Shown here piece after piece: positions 26,801 to 37,070 of a DNA stretch of 64,000 bases (position 1 is the first letter of the stretch; each line of letters opens with the position of its first letter). Made by a program: the position numbers and the translations under genes. The notes below the pieces were generated by a model. That model ran no database searches, was not told the DNA's origin, and was given only the letters and a program-made list of their open reading frames with translations. The stretch comes from Hormiphora californensis (taxonomy: Eukaryota; Animalia; Ctenophora). The stretch is taken from NCBI GenBank assembly GCA_020137815.1, contig CM035350.1, positions 8,184,001 to 8,248,000 of the forward strand, read 5' to 3'.

Positions 26801-27055
26801 GTAACCCTGAGCCGGAGAAGGCGGGGTAGGAACATAATAGTTGGCGTTGATACACTGTGGGCCGCCTAGCCAAGATGTTTTTGTATTTTGTATTTTCTGA
26901 TTTTTTTTCCGTATTTCTGATACACAGCCACGCTCAGCCGCGGCCACACGGACCTGGAAATCGAACAGGGGGAAAAGGGGATGGGGAAAAAGGTACTCCG
27001 TGTGACCCCGTTGCCCGGGGGAAACCGATTGGAGGTGGTGGCAGGTGGACCAACT

Positions 27056-27123
<68 letters not shown>

Positions 27124-28045
27124 ACTCTCTATCCCTATATCCCTATATATCTCTATCTATCTCCCTCTTTCCAGTTAGCACTAAAGATAGGGGCGACCAC
27201 TGACGAGGTGAGCAATGTGGTTGTCTGGGGAAACCACTCCGCCACTATGTACCCTGATATCTCCCACGCTATTGTCCATAAAATTGGCGAGGTGGTACGC
27301 CCTGCTTCTCATCTGGTCTCAAACGAGTGGGCGCGGGACACATTGATGAAGGTATTTATAGGGCACAAAACTTGATAATAAACATTTAGGGGCTATTGGG
27401 AGACGAGTAGCTCCCAAGAGCTAAGGCTATCTACTCTAACTCGTTTAGAACAGCATTTACGAAATTACCCCTTGCGCGCTGGCAAGGCCAAGGGAGGGGT
27501 AAATTCGTTACCAACATATCTTCACTCCCCCTCCCCGATTATAGAGTGTCCGGACCCGGTATGCGGAAGTAATGAAGCGACGAGGGATGACCACTATGTC
27601 GACTGGAAAGGCCATTGCCGACCACCTCAAATACTGGACACGGGGGACACCTCTTGGACAGTTTGTCAGCATGGCCGTCCCGAGTGACGGAACTTATGGA
27701 ATAGTTAAGGGCGTCTTCTATTCCTTTCCAGTAAGTGTAGGCTTTCTAGAACCCTGTTTGACGACACCTGACCCCTTTTTGATTCTCAAATATCATGGGC
27801 ACGCGAAAGTGCGCTCAGATCGGGTGAGCACCGCCAGACAGCATAAAACTATCGCTTCACCAAAGTTCGTAGTTCCAATGTCCCAAATATCCGGCTCTTC
27901 CCAGGTGCAGGTTAACAAGTATGGTGACATCAGGGTGGTCGCAGACCTGGATATCAATGAGTTCTCCAGAGAAATGATAAACAACTCCTACACTGAGCTG
28001 CAAAGCGAGGCAGAGGAAGCATTGGCTCTTGCAGAACTCATGTGA
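19579..28045 (+). CDS. Divergent cytosolic malate dehydrogenase (MDH1)-family 2-hydroxyacid dehydrogenase
   Basis: Exons 19579-19656 (start tentative), 19978-20472, 27175-27351, 27545-27730, 27905-28045; all introns phase 0, GT-AG. Motifs ITGAAGRIAYSL, GMERKDLLKAN, NPCNTN, LDHNR, VWGNHS, FVSMAV and YSFPV. Confidence 0.92.
19671..19841. mobile_element. Tc1/pogo-type MITE in MDH-like intron 1
   Basis: TIRs CAGTCGGACCCCGATTTAGGG / CCCTAAATCGGGGTCCGACTG, TA flanks, internal CCCCGATTTAG repeats. Second family member at 57706-57877. Confidence 0.92.
20780..21838. repeat. ~250-bp near-perfect inverted repeat with ~550-bp spacer
   Basis: ~20780-21035 is the reverse complement of ~21590-21838. The same peptide appears in ORFs 20733(+) and 21503..21895(-). 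Confidence 0.9.
21112..21326. mobile_element. MITE with 10-bp TSD (Mutator-like TSD length)
   Basis: TIRs GGTAAGCGGACTCTAGTGCT / AGCACTAGAGTCCGCCTACC. TSD AGATGTAGGC at 21102-11 and 21327-36. Confidence 0.88.
22430..23510. repeat. 163-bp tandem array organised as 326-bp A/B dimers
   Basis: Unit starts at ~22440, 22602, 22765, 22928, 23091, 23254, 23419. Alternating GGTCTTACTCGGGAC (A) and GGTCATCCCCCGGAC (B) variants. Confidence 0.93.
24215..25855. repeat. ~1.6-kb palindrome (foldback element)
   Basis: Inner arms ~24847-25020 and ~25067-25241 are near-perfect. Outer arms are recognisably homologous but indel-rich. Confidence 0.85.
26112..26656. repeat. 23/24-bp minisatellite (~23 units)
   Basis: Interspersed GACAGCTGACCCCGTTCCAG(TAAA/TAAG/AGAG) and GACAGCCACCCCG(T/C)TCCAGAGAG units. 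Confidence 0.95.
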
Positions 28046-28512
28046 CATTTCCAATATATTTGTTGTCGAAATACATACTCTTAGTATATTTAGATGTCAT
28101 AATATATTTGCTTTGGAAGGGATTCCTGGTAAATTATCATATCTTGTATTACTTTGTAGATGTCATAATATATAGATATCAAATTTAAGTTTCTCAAAGG
28201 TGTGTCTTTGAAATTGCTACATGCTCGAACCTCTCTGATCACAGTGACGGCATAGCAGTAAACTATTTCAGAGTAAACTATTTCAGAGTTGCTTGCACTA
28301 CAACTGTCCGACACAGGGGTCTCAAATAATAAACGCACACCACGATCGGTCACAGAGTGAACCTGCAAAGTGGTACAACCGAAGTGTCGAGAGTACCCTC
28401 GTATCCATCATGGGACCCGGTTATTCTCGGATTGCTGTTTGAAGTATACTTCACACGAATAAACAATAAATATTACAAATGAAAAGTCACTCAGCACAGC
28501 GATGAATGGTGG

Positions 28513-28731
28513 GTGACCTACGACTATGGCTCATGCAATTATGGCTCATAGAATCTATATTATGAGCCATAGATGCATATGGCTCATAGATGCATATGGC
28601 TCATGGAAATGTCATCTGATTAGGTTACTATATTATGAGCCATAGCTAATGAGGGGGAGAGGGACGTGAGAGGGGCGTGAGAGGGACGTGAGCCATAGTT
28701 GCATGAGCCATAGCACATAGTTGTAGGTAAT
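28513..28731. mobile_element. MITE-like element with iterated ATGGCTCA / TGAGCCAT motifs
   Basis: Ends ACCTACGACTATGGCTCATGCAATTATGGCTCA / TGAGCCATAGTTGCATGAGCCATAG..TAGTTGTAGGT are imperfect inverted repeats. Confidence 0.7.
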
Positions 28732-28950
28732 CTATAGTCTGGGTGCCTTGCAGCCTGTTTAAAGGTGCACGCTACCAAAAGTCAAAGAGTACACTTAGAC
28801 CGACTTTTTTCAAACGGCTATAGCCACGCAACCACATGGCCAATTTGAGTAAACTAAACGGTATCTGATAGAGAATCGATAGCCCTAACCTCAAACCTCA
28901 AACCAAACCCTAACCAGACCCCTACCCAGATTTTAACGCTGGCCGTGTAA

Positions 28951-29168
28951 AGTCGATTTTTTTAATCAAGGGACAGGGGGCCGTGCATCAAATGCAGCGC
29001 TTAATTTAGTTCAGTACCTTCCTGATAAGAAACTTGTCATTGGTCGCATTGGAAACTGGAAAGATAAAATGTTTCCCTTTCCAACGCAACCAGGATCAAA
29101 TATTTATCTTATCTGGAACCGGTGATATGACCAATTAAAGAATTAAGTGCGTGGCACCCTGTCCCTTG
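28951..29168. mobile_element. MITE related to the copy at 39677-39907 (opposite orientation)
   Basis: Inverted AAGGGACAGGG / CCCTGTCCCTT. Internal sequence TTGATCCTGGTTGCGTTGGAAAG and TAATTGGTCATATC is shared with 39720-39870. Confidence 0.75.
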
Positions 29169-29240
29169 CTGCCGTGCCTTCTTCAGCAGCGCCAAAAGGG
29201 TCGCCCGTCGCTCTATTCTCAAGAACCGCCTGGGGCGTTT

Positions 29241-29569
29241 CTTGTTTACAAGTTTACAATTGAAGTTTTATTTATAAAGAATTAAGAAACAGGCCTTCCC
29301 TGAATGGTCCACCTAAATAGATATTAAGTTAAAAACTATCCCTTCACACGCACACTCATCAGCACAGCACATTGAGGCGAAAGGTCATTTGGAAGTGGCG
29401 GGTACCCTCTGACTGGAGGACGATCAAATAATCCTGTGAAGTAATTGCCCAATGATGATTTGAACTGATTCAAGCTTACACATGAATTTACAGCAGCTGG
29501 TAGAGTGTTCCATAAATGAGCTGCTCTAGGACCGAATGAGCAATGAAATTGATTTGCTCGTTTGTTTCT
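29241..29569 (-). mobile_element. 3' terminal fragment of the same LINE family, inverted
   Basis: Reverse complement of ~34470-34800 with scattered differences. Encodes KRANQFHCSFGPRAAHLWNTLP... and ends in a (TTGTAAAC)n tail. Confidence 0.92.
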
Positions 29570-29907
29570 CTCACCAATACGTTTTATGTTAGGCGTTAGC
29601 AACTTTCAGTTTTTCGTTTAGTTCTTCAAAGTTGGAAGTTGGAACCAGTGGTTAAAAGTTAAAACTCTAGTTCCGAACCACCGTTTTAACGGACGACAAA
29701 ATGGTCTTTTCTTTAAAAGCTGCGAAAAACCAAAACTACGGCTATGTGCATGAGAGAGAAGTAGCAGAGTCTGTAGAGATTTGTCATACGACCATAAACG
29801 TCCTTGGCAAACGCTGCTGGCCCCCGGGATAAGGCAGCGCTTTTCAATAAACGTCCAAAAAGTCCCAAAAAGTGTCACTTTTGTCTTTTTCGTTTCTGTT
29901 TTTTTAA

Positions 29908-31110
29908 AAAGCTATCCTGGGAAAGCAGAAGGCTATCCTGTCGGAGCTAAGTAAGGATTCTGATTGCGGTGATGAGGTTAAGCGAGTCCTGAAGGCCTAC
30001 AACCCGGCAGCAAAGAAGTATCAGACCAACCTGAACAACCTGGATAAGTTTGATGTTCCCGTACTGGAGGAGGCCGCTGTTTTTCTGGGAGGTAAGCCCC
30101 GGACCGACGATGGAGTCAGCAGAAGGTACCGTAGCAAATCGAGCCTCATTGACTGGCTAATCATGGCTATCGAGGGTCTCTTCCCTCAGTTTTGCGAGAC
30201 CTGTGAGTTGGATTACACAATGAAACGAGGAGAGAAATCCAGGTTCAACTGCAGTAGCTGTGGTGGTGGTAGCCACAACTGCCACCTAATCCAGGAGCAG
30301 CCTAAGTGTAGTGTCCCTGGTTTTGTTTGGATTTGCTCAGGCTGCATGAAAAAGAACAGACTGGAAACTTTCTCTGGCGAAAACGGGGAGTTTGCCAGTT
30401 CTCCTAAAAGTGCAGCTAGTGAGGCAAATGATGACAGTTTGAGGAGGAAGTTCAGTTTCTTGTCGACAGCTGAGGTTGGTGAGAAACCAGGGGAGCTCAC
30501 CACAGCCGGGGACAGGAAGGAGAAAGAACTACCCAAGGAAACAGAGAAAAAGATCGATAGTGAGGCTGACAAACCAATCCCAGTGTGCCAGCAATACCTT
30601 CAACATCGCTGTAAGCATGGTCGTGCTGGAACGAAGAATGTCAATGGAGTTGCTTGCCAGAAGTCACACCCTCCACTGTGCCGGAAGTACTGCTCACATG
30701 GATCTATGAAGAAGTACGGATGTCAGCTGGGTAAGGAATGTCGCTATTTCCACCCACCCCTGTGTCGTTCCTCGCAGTTCAGTCATCAATGTCTCAAGAC
30801 TGACTGTCGTTTTCAGCATCTGAGGAACACACGTCGTGCTCCTGCCAACGTGAAGCCAAATAACACCCAGGCAACCGACGTGAGCAGGCCAAAAACCATG
30901 ACACCCTATGCTGCAAACACTACGGATATGAACACTAATATACCACGGTCCCAGCAACCGAGCTCCAATGCATCACGGGAGCCAGCCCCATTTGATGAGC
31001 AGGCTTTTTTCGAAAGACTTTTGGGGGCGATGGACGCGAGAATGGACGCGAGAATGAGAGAAATGCTAGACGTGAGACTGGATCCAAGACGAACGTGGAG
31101 GGAACGTTAG
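29908..31110 (+). CDS. LINE ORF1: PHD-like finger plus three CCCH zinc fingers
   Basis: Frame is open from 29908 (first ATG at 30163). CETC..CSSCGGGSHNC..WICSGC; then CQQYLQHRC..CQKSH, CRKY..CQLGKECRYFH and CRSSQFSHQCLKTDCRFQH. Confidence 0.85.
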   Translation, partial: KAILGKQKAILSELSKDSDCGDEVKRVLKAYNPAAKKYQTNLNNLDKFDVPVLEEAAVFLGGKPRTDDGVSRRYRSKSSLIDWLIMAIEGLFPQFCETCELDYTMKRGEKSRFNCSSCGGGSHNCHLIQEQPKCSVPGFVWICSGCMKKNRLETFSGENGEFASSPKSAASEANDDSLRRKFSFLSTAEVGEKPGELTTAGDRKEKELPKETEKKIDSEADKPIPVCQQYLQHRCKHGRAGTKNVNGVACQKSHPPLCRKYCSHGSMKKYGCQLGKECRYFHPPLCRSSQFSHQCLKTDCRFQHLRNTRRAPANVKPNNTQATDVSRPKTMTPYAANTTDMNTNIPRSQQPSSNASREPAPFDEQAFFERLLGAMDARMDARMREMLDVRLDPRRTWRER

Positions 31111-34100
31111 GGCCTGTCTCGCCTACGAGCAAACTTTTACTGTTAAATGGGAGAAGTTTAAGTCCAGCAGGTGATACATGTTGGAAACTTGGGCTTATTA
31201 GAGACTATGTTAAGCAACAGAAAGAACATCGAAGAAGTTACTCTCATACCAATTCCCAAAGCGGCAGCCTATGCAGCCCTCAGGGAGAAGGTTAAAACCG
31301 GACCCATCAAACAAACCAAACATATGGACATGATGTGGACCGAAAGATATGAGAGACCTCTTCAAAAACTTAATAGAACAGACCTAAGGGCGGCGACACA
31401 CCTACTCACAGGGCACTGCCACCTTAACTACCACATGAAAAAATTAAAAAAAGTCGAGACCACAACCTGTGCAGCATGTGGGATGGAAGACGAGACAATA
31501 AAGCATGTACTTACTGAATGCCCCGCCCTTTGGAAACTCCGACAGGAATCCTTTGACAGGCTGGGCCTCAGCATGTACGAAATTAGACACCATCAACCCC
31601 TTAGAAAAACGATCTCGTTCTATAAGAAGGCGATGGAGATACTTCACCCCCCTGAAACCACCCCTTAAAGGGAGGTTTCCCCTGTGACCTGGTATGGCAC
31701 CAGCTCCCCAAGTCTCCTTGGGCCGAAGCAGTTGGCAACATACCAGCCACACCACCCAGGACGGGGAACGGGAGCCTCATGGCACCCACCCCTTACTGGC
31801 TAGTGCTTCGCACTAGCCAGCGTCCTCCCAGAAGAAGAAGAAGAAGCAACAGAAAACTCCCATAGTAACCATTGCAGTAACTGAGACTTGGTTTAAAGGC
31901 TATCATTCTGATGCCCAGGTTCAGATACCAGGGTATGACGTGTATAGAAGTGATAGAGAAAACCGAGTGGGCGGTGGCTGTGCCTTATATGTTCAATGTT
32001 CGCTGGCTGTTTCTGATACTACATGTTTTGCGAGTGCGAATAACAATATGTGTGCTGTTTATGTTGAACAAATAAACACTATTTATGCTGTTGTGTATCG
32101 CTCTGAATCAAGTGTGTTAGATTTTCAAAAGCTGATGGACAATCTCCAGACTTTTATTGATAATCACAGTGATGATCGATTACCAGAGGTCATAGTTTCT
32201 GGGGACTTTAATCTTCCTCTCTTTCAGTGGGCTGATGGGTCGTCTGTTCCGGTTGACAAGCCCAACTACAATGTTGTTGCTGATTTCATGGACGCAAACT
32301 TTCTATCCCAAGTTGTTGAGGGCCCTACAAGAGGCAACAACACGTTAGACCTTGTGTTTACTAACCGCCCGGAATATTTCAGCGATATCTCTATTACGGA
32401 TGGGGGTATCTCGGATCATTCCTGGGTATCATGTGAACTCTCATTCAACCCTCTCGGTCCCAAAAGTATATTTCTTCCCAGTATACTTGAGGGTTATCGG
32501 CAATTGGATCTTCAGTCGGCTGACTTCGCTAGTATTGATGCAGAACTAGCGGCTACTGATTGGGATCAAATGTTGACGGAATGTGAAGAACTGGGAGATG
32601 AGGATGGTTCCCTTTTTGTGGAGGCCATGCGTGACAAAGTCTTCAAAGTTGTAAAGTCACACTGTCGATTGAAGAAAATCAGGAAAGAGTTTGTGGACAA
32701 AGAACTGAAGCACTTGACCAGCAGGAGACGTAAATTGGTTAAACGCGAGAACGGTTCAGACAAATGGATATCACAGATGGACTGTATAATTGACAGGATA
32801 AAGGAACACTTGATATCAAGGGAAAAGAAGACAGAGAGGAAGGCTGTTGACGTTATTAAAGAGAACCCGAAGTTCTTTTATTCACATGTCAAGAAGAAAT
32901 CTAAAGTCAGATCTTCAGTTGCACCCCTTGAGCGTGAAGATGGTTCACTAACTGTGGATCCTCAAGAGAAGGCCAGTTTTCCAGCGTTTTTAGCGACCCT
33001 TCCGCTATCGACCCCACAGAGGCAGCTGGTAACGTTGAGGACCTCGGTGAGATCCTGACAAGTTTGGAGTTCTCGCAGAATTGTATTCAGACTGCGTTGG
33101 GGGAACTGAAACCATTCTCAGCCTCCCCTCCAGACTGCATTCCTTCAGTTGTTCTGAAACAGTGTCGCAGTAGCCTGTCATACCCGATTTGGATGCTGTG
33201 GAACAGGTCATTTGAAGACGGTACTGTCCCTAGTTGCCTGAAGCAACAATTCATAACACCGTTGTTCAAAAAGGGGGCTAAATCGAAACCTGAGAATTAT
33301 CGCCCCGTGTCTATAACGAGCCACCTATCTAAGGTGTTTGAGCGGCTGGTTAGGAAGCGGATAGTTGACTACTTGGACGAAATGGGCTTACAGAGTGAGA
33401 CACAGCATGGATTTAGGACAGGGCGCAGTACCATGACTCAGCTTCTTACCCATGTTGACTACATTTTAAACGAATTATGCAATGGCCAGGAAGTTGACAT
33501 AATTTATTTGGATTTCAGCAAAGCCTTTGACTCAGTTGATATCAATGTTTTGCTGGCTAAGCTGAAAAGGTATGGTATTGGTGGGCAACTTCTTCAGTGG
33601 ATCAGTGCGTGGATCCTGGGCAGGAAACAGTGTGTAATGGTGGATGGAGTGAGGTCACTCTGGGTTGACGTGCTTAGTGGGGTTGCCCAGGGCAGTGTGC
33701 TTGGACCACTACTTTTTCTCATCTATATCCTGGATCTAGAATCAGTGCTGGATGGTAGCATGTGTCTCACTTTTGCCGACGACACAAAGTTGATGAAAGC
33801 TATATCGGACATGGCTACTCAGGCCTGCATTCAGGACGATCTTTTGAGGGTAACTGAGTGGGCAAGGATGAATAACATGAAGTTACATGAGAACAAATTT
33901 CAACTCCTGAGTTATAGACTGAATAAGTCGGCGATCCTCAGTGATTTTCCTTTCTCAGCAGAGGTGTTTTCATACACGACCGGGTCAGGGGTTCAGTTGA
34001 TGCCAGATCCGGATGTCCGTGACCTAGGTGTTCAGATGTCTGCGGACGGTTCATGGTCGAAGCATATCTCTACTATTGTGAGGAAGGCTTCTCTTTTGTG

Positions 34101-34686
34101 TGGTTGGATATTCAGTGTGTTTAGAGACCGTACACCGGACCTTATGTTGCAACTCTTTAAGTCGTTGGTCAGGCCTATTCTAGAGTATTGTTGCCTAGTC
34201 TGGAACCCTTCCAAGGCCAGTGATATCAAGGCTATTGAGAATGTACAGAGATGTTTCACCAGACGTCTTGATGGTATGCAGGGTCACGACTATTGGGGTA
34301 GACTGAAATTGCTCAATATTATGTCCCTTCAGCGTCGGAGGCAGCGCTACATGCTGATCCATGTGTGGAAGACGATTCAGGGTTTTGTACCGAATTCTGC
34401 CCACCTAGTAATTCAACAGCACGCTAGATTGGGTACGCGGATAGTCCCTCCGCCTTACCCCTATAGAGCAGAAACGAAACGAGCTAATCAATTTCATTGC
34501 TCATTCGGTCCTAGAGCAGCTCATTTATGGAACACTCTACCAGCTGCTGTTAATTCTTGTGTGAGCTTGAATCAGTTCAAATCATCATTGGGGAATTACT
34601 TGACAGGATTTCACGATCGTCCTCCAGTCAGAGGGTACCCGCCACTTCCAAATGACCTTTCGCCTCAATGTGCTGTGCTGTGCTGA
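31095..34686 (+). pseudogene. LINE ORF2 (endonuclease / reverse transcriptase), disrupted
   Basis: N-terminus LLLLNGRSL..RDYVKQQK joins TPIVTIAVTETW in frame once the insertion at 31224-31855 is removed. A second lesion is a frameshifting deletion near 32974 (DPQEKA / QFSSVFSDP). Confidence 0.9.
31224..31843 (+). mobile_element. 5'-truncated non-LTR retrotransposon (I-group, LOA/R1-like C-terminus) nested in the LINE
   Basis: 12-bp TSD AAGCAACAGAAA (31212-23 and 31844-55). CCHC-type C-terminus LTGHCHLNYH..CAACGMEDETIKHVLTECPAL, stop at 31668. 3' hairpin at 31796-31820 and a (GAA)n tail. Confidence 0.9.
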
Positions 34687-35684
34687 TGTGTGTGAGTGTG
34701 AAGGGATATTTTTTAACTTAATATTTATTTAGGTGGACCCATTCAGGGAAGGCCTGTTTCTTTATAAATAAAACTTTAATTGTAAACTTGTAAACTTGTA
34801 AACTTGTAAAAATTTCTGGAAAACCGCGTAAATAAAAAACGCGCATCGATTTATGCAGCGCATTTCAACCGAAATTCGCGCCGCGCGGCGTATTTACGAT
34901 CGCGACGCGATTTCAGAATTCAGAAATAAAAAAGCTGAACATTTTTTTGGTCCGTTTACAAAACCTTATGTTACACTTTGAAAAGCTCTGCCTTATCCCG
35001 GGGGCCAGCAGTGTTTGCCAACGCTACACTTTACGATTGGAAGCACTCTTGACTCTTGACTGCAGAGTCTCCTACATTTTAATACAGAAGCCTACTTTTA
35101 CTCAATCAAAGACTTTGTACCGGGGATTCTAGTTGGTTACGAAGTTACCCCTTGCCAGCGCGTGCGAAGGTCGCCCGGCGACCCAAACAGAGTGTGAGGT
35201 GTCTTCGATACCAAGGATTCTAGGCTCTTATTAAAACAGGTGCCCACTGCCCCGAGTCGCGAGGCCGGGGGTCCGGGATTGATGGCCAACACTCCAGACT
35301 TGTCTGGCAGACTATCACTATTTTTTCTTAAAAGGGGGTTAAAATGGGATTAGATAACAATATCAATATGAAAATACCGGTCTCCCATGGGGGAGAAGAT
35401 TAATAAATTACTGCATTTAGTGGAAGCTCTTACGGTTGGGGTTTCCTACCAGATAAACTTTTAATTAGCCAAAACGGTTGAGTGGTTTGGCGGTTAGAGC
35501 CATTTTAGTGATTCAACTTTTTTGGAAGCGTGCACCTGTGAGCAGGCCACCAAACACCCAGATCGTAACGGTGCCCTCTAGTCTCTCGAACCTTTCCCTC
35601 CAAAAAGCTTTCTTCGGATTGCATTATGTTCTAAGATATAGTTAGGGGCAGTAGTCGAGTGACTGGGAAAAAATTTGTGACGAA

Positions 35685-36437
35685 GGGAAGGTGATCCAGG
35701 GGAAGATGAGCAGTTAGGAAGGGGAGGTGATCCAGAGGGAGGTGAGCAGTTAGGAAGGGGGGGGGGGGTGATCGAGAGGGAGATGAGCAGTTAGGAAGGG
35801 GAGGTGATCCAGAGGAAGATGAGCAGTTAGGAAGGGGAGGTGATCCAGGGGAAGTTGAGCAGTTAGGAAGGGGAGGTGATCCAGAGGGAGATGAGCAGTT
35901 AGGAAGGGGAGGTGATCCAGAGGAAGATGAGCAGTTAGGAAGGGGAGGTGATCCAGAGGAAGATGAGCAGTTAGGAAGGGGAGGTGATCCAGAGGGAGAT
36001 GAGCAGTTAGGAAGGGGAGGTGATCCAGAGGAAGATGAGCAGTTAGGAAGGGGAGGTGATCCAGGGGAAGATGAGCAGTTAGGAAGGGGAGGTGATCCAG
36101 AGGAAGATGAGCAGTTAGGAAGGGGAGGTGATCCAGAGGAAGATGAGCAGTTAGGAAGGGGAGGTGATCCAGAGGGAGATGAGCAGTTAGGAAGGGGAGG
36201 TGATCCAGAGGAAGATGAGCAGTTAGGAAGGGTAGGTGATCCAGAGGAAGATGAGCAGTTAGGAAGGGGAGGTGATCCAGAGGAAGATGAGCAGTTAGGA
36301 AGGGGAGGTGATCCAGAGGGAGATGAGCAGTTAGGAAGGGGAGGTGATCTAGAGGAAGTTGAGCAGTTAGGAAGGGGAGGTGATCCAGAGGAAGTTGAGC
36401 AGTTAGGAAGGGGAGGTGATCCAGAGGAAGATGAGCT
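35685..36437. repeat. 36-bp minisatellite (~20 units)
   Basis: Unit GATGAGCAGTTAGGAAGGGGAGGTGATCCAGAGGAA. The minus strand is open as (SSSGSPPLPNCS)n. Confidence 0.95.
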
Positions 36438-37032
36438 TTTTATTTGTCGCTTTTTATTTGTCGCTATGAGTTGACACTTGGTCTGAGGCCTCTGCAGATA
36501 CTTTTCCAACATGACCGTGGCTAAAACGGAGATAAGAAACACGATCATTGGACTTATCGAGATCTACATGCTTTACTTTTGCTTTGCTCTAGTAGAGAAG
36601 TCTGAATTGTATTAAAACACCACTATCTGTATCTTAGTCGGGGTGAATTTCTCTGCTGATAAAGATTCGCTGCAATTTCAATATAAGTAACATATCCACC
36701 ATTATTGTAGCAAGGCAATGAATTAGTTGAGTGGGGTGCAAGGAACATACGATGGCAGCCAACGAGGTGAGATATGAACAAATAACTGGTAATATTCAGT
36801 ATACTAGTTGTTACGATAAAACAGTGTTGGCCGTTTTGTATTATTATAACAGACAAGAGTTCTGCTAGATGTTATTTATTTATCTTGTATTTTACTTGGT
36901 TCGAGTGGCTCCTCTCATACTTCGGAAATTACATCTATTCAGTTCATGAATATTATTTAGAATGGATTATTATGGTTTTTGTTTATGTTGCAGTGAGTGC
37001 AATAAGTCTCCTGGTAGCTTACACAATGTGTA

Positions 37033-37070
<38 letters not shown>

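Larger units (their letters stand above)
29570..34810 (+). mobile_element. Near full-length CR1/L2-group LINE (ORF1 plus APE-RT ORF2), inactivated
   Basis: 5'UTR, ORF1 and ORF2 with APE motifs (VTETW, GDFN, NTLDLVF, SDH) and RT motifs (QHGFR, YLDFSKAFD, GVAQGSVLGPLLF, FADD). AATAAA plus (TTGTAAAC)3-4 tail. Confidence 0.93.

Noticed and set aside
29806-29848. HDV-like or hammerhead ribozyme in the LINE 5'UTR
   Set aside because: I could not build the nested pseudoknot or find the catalytic core, and the two copies show no compensatory change.
35685-36437. Plus-strand frame where most variants are synonymous but each unit has two TGA (Sec/Trp recoding)
   Set aside because: No start, SECIS or organellar context is evident; five sites are too few to invoke recoding.
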